Shown here in pieces: positions 61,177 to 64,000 of a stretch of DNA of 64,000 bases. The stretch comes from Mustelus asterias (lineage: Eukaryota). Within the stretch, counting starts at the first letter, position 1, and every line of letters starts with the position of its first letter. The notes below the pieces were generated by a model. It worked only from the letters and a program-made list of their open reading frames with translations, searched no databases and had not been told where the DNA came from. The DNA is taken from assembly GCF_964213995.1 (NCBI RefSeq), contig NC_135818.1, positions 61,256,001-61,320,000 on the forward strand. The letters are read 5' to 3'. The position numbers and the translations under genes are program-made.

Positions 61177-63704
61177 GTAACATTTCCAGTCCCAGAAATC
61201 TCTCGTATACAAAACATGATGCTACGTTCATTCTTCTGCCCTGAATATTTAGTCTCTTGTTGACAGCTTTTGTAAAAGAAATACTGAAAACATTTTAAAA
61301 TCCCCTAATGCTGTTTATTTTAGGGGCAAGTCAGTCACTGGGTTATTGAAAGGTAAAGTAGGCACTTAAAAGAACATTCAAAATGATATTTTAAAAAACT
61401 ATTAGAAATGATGTGAAAGGAAATAATATCAACCATGTCCGAGATAAATAATGCCTTGGTATTTGTACTTGAGCAATTTTTGATGGACAGTAACCTTCCA
61501 AGGACTATCAATATGATAACAGTATTAGTGCAGTTGTAGCTTTGCCACATAGCTAACTGATATTTCATAAATATAAAAAATGTAATCCTGTCAACTCTAT
61601 CTAAATATAACTAGAGTCCCCTTAAATAATACACATTGCATTATCTTTGCCTCTTTTCCTACTGGAAATTGATTTCAGAAATGTCTGCTCATTGCAAACA
61701 TAGTTTTAGCACACATAGCAACCTGTGTACTGATGTAATGTACATTCATCTCTTAACCAGATTTGTTGCAAGTAACCAGTGGGGAATTTCAGGGGGGAAA
61801 TAATGGGTCATAAATACGAGAGGCAATTAGATTTTACAATTTCACTATCTGAATAAAATTTATGTAACAAAATGGGTTAATCTATTAATTCCTAGATTTT
61901 CATTAACACAGAAGCTAATTCTAGTTGATGTTCTCCTTTTGAAGCCTAATTTTCCAAGCATAGTATTTAGATGTCCCTAACCCTTTTAAGCATAAGCAAA
62001 TGTGGGTGATTTAATCAGAAAACAAAAGGGATGTAGTCAGGGTCTGAAGTTACTGTCTTGACTTGGGGCCAAAGAGTGTCCTATGCAGCTAAGATACTGT
62101 TCCTGTTGTTAGTGTTGAGCATGGTTTAAAGAGTATTGGACACAAAAATTGGAGAAGTCAAAGTGGGAATAGGAGAGGAAGTTAAAATGCCACCACAGAA
62201 AGGTAAAACCTGCCACCAGAATGGAGATTTTGAGCAAAACTATCACTCAATCTGGGTTTGGACTCCATATTTTAAAGGAGACTGCAGTGTGAGTAGCAAA
62301 TACAGCATAATAGATTGGATGATGTCTCGCATGGAAAATTATTAACATGGGAAGGGCAGTGCAAGAGGAATTTTCTCGGGTGTGTTCCCCTTGGGGTGCC
62401 CTGTATTTGTTGAACCTCACTCAACCAATACATAGAATGTGAAAGACAGCATGTATTTAAAGAATGAAAAGGAATTTATTTGCTAATGCATGCATCAGGA
62501 GAGAGACACAGTCATTGAGGGTTGACTGTGCTCTCTGACCTAATATTGCCGTAAAATTATTATATTATTCTTAACATTTCATCCCACCTAGTCTCGTCAA
62601 TCAGACTGGAGGGCCCAATCACAATATTCAACATTATTGCCTTAGCCAATAACGTTCCACCTGTCAACAGGAATAGGAGCTTATTGCCCATGTAGGTTCT
62701 TTCCACTTTACCTAGGAAACCTGACCCACATCATTACCAGTAACCAAGGCCATAACGAACACCTGTGATTTTTAATTGGTGAAAGGAGTCACACTTTTGC
62801 TGGAACCTGGGCCTCCTTTATCAGCTTGAGAGACTGCTCCAGCCTCGCTACCCATGAATGAATCCACTCCCTTACATACCAGGCTTGTGATTAAACTTGC
62901 CTTTCGCATATCCAAAAACAGAAAAGAGAAGCTGCCTTTCTGTGCTCCATTATATTAACAGAATTTGGCCTGTCTACCACTGTGTTTCCCATCATGCTGC
63001 ATTCCGAACGAAGTTGGCCAATGCACACAAGACAGGGTTTAAAATACAATTTAAACTTATAATACTTGGTTAATTTGTGGATATACACATATCCTCTCAG
63101 GCAGCTTACAAAAAGACTTCTCGTTGATGCAGTTATTCAACCTGCTTCTTCTTCATCTTGTCACATGCCCATGATGTGTTGCATAAGATAATGTTACAAT
63201 TGAGTGGCAAAAACTTTTAAAAATACATTGTGGTTGTACTATAAGTGATAATTCAGGCTGAATAGCCTTCCACCTGTAGATTTTAGTGTGTGTAAATGTA
63301 AATTTATAAAGACACTTGGCCAATTAGAAGTGAAGTTGATGTGTCAAGTTTTTTTAATACAATATCAGTTTGTTTGCCTCTCCGTATGTACTGCAAGATT
63401 ATACATTCTTTATTCAAAGAAAAGTTACATTTTATAAAATAGATTTACACTATATAATACCAAATAAATCCATTTTTAAATATCCATGAATACAGGTTGA
63501 CTCTTTATAAATATACTGCAAATTAAAAAATACTTTTGCTGTAAATCTCTATGTATTAGGATATGTATTAGAATTAAAGTTAGATTTGGAAGAATTGTGT
63601 ATTCTAACAAGAGTACTATTTGTAAAGGTGGATGCATAATGCAGTTTGCTTTTGTCAGATGTTCTCTACTGAATGTGTGAACATGAAGTGTTCTTTCTGT
63701 TTAG

Positions 63705-63854
63705 AAGTTGTTGTTTGTAACTTCGGAAAATGTTGATCAATTCCTGAGTGCTTCCTTGGAGGAGGATCCAGTCCCAAATGAGCTAACTGAGGAACATCCA
63801 ATAGTAATTAATGTGGCGGAAGTCAATGAAAGTGGCCTCGTTTTTCATTCTAAG
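63705..63854 (+). CDS. DNAAF2: DNAAF2 coding exon 2 (gene continues beyond window)
   Basis: 150 nt, phase 0, KLLFVTSENVDQFL...VFHSK, GTAGGT donor. Resembles the DNAAF2 RLFVNEENVNEFL segment. TAGAAG tandem acceptor allows a 3-nt alternative start. Confidence 0.85.
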
Positions 63855-64000
63855 GTAGGTTATGTGAAACCAAATCTAAAGGTCAAATTTTAAAAAGTGC
63901 CACTTACAAATTATCCTTTTCTTCAACAACCAATTGAAAACACAAAAGTTGTGGAAATATTTCATAGAAGTAGATTGCTCCATATCGACTTGCATGTATT

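Noticed and set aside
61177-61263. C-terminal 28 aa of the 730-aa ORF as a single-exon DNAAF2
   Set aside because: A CAG|GTAAC donor at 61176/61177 and an in-frame homologous exon at 63705 show this is read-through into intron 1.

Overview
Vertebrate genomic DNA; the repeat content suggests a shark or other elasmobranch (inference). The window holds the KLHDC1 - POLE2 - DNAAF2 block. KLHDC1 coding exon 1 lies on the minus strand (2783-2878), head-to-head with a complete 19-exon POLE2 gene on the plus strand (9241-54374; exons sum to 1581 nt = 526 aa + stop; intron 8 is a U12-type AT-AC intron). Coding exons 1-2 of DNAAF2/kintoun follow (59071-63854), with an RFX X-box upstream. Introns and intergenic DNA are dense in CR1, RTE, Rex/Babar, L1/Tx1 and Penelope-like (PLE) retroelements, tRNA-type SINEs, a solo LTR and hAT/Harbinger-type MITEs. 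The most unusual signal is a set of local templated insertions. A 248-bp inverted copy of the POLE2 exon1/intron1 junction sits about 0.1-0.5 kb upstream of the POLE2 ATG, between two inverted Penelope ends and a 17-bp target duplication. A ~470-bp copy of the KLHDC1 exon1/intron1 junction sits about 1.5 kb upstream of KLHDC1, also with a target-duplication-like repeat. A perfect 54-bp inverted copy occurs in POLE2 intron 16. One hypothesis is that retroelement RT copies nascent, unspliced pre-mRNA back into nearby DNA. The three PLE insertions also share a CCACNN|TGTGGAGAT junction, which suggests target preference. Coordinates were read by eye; repeat boundaries are approximate.
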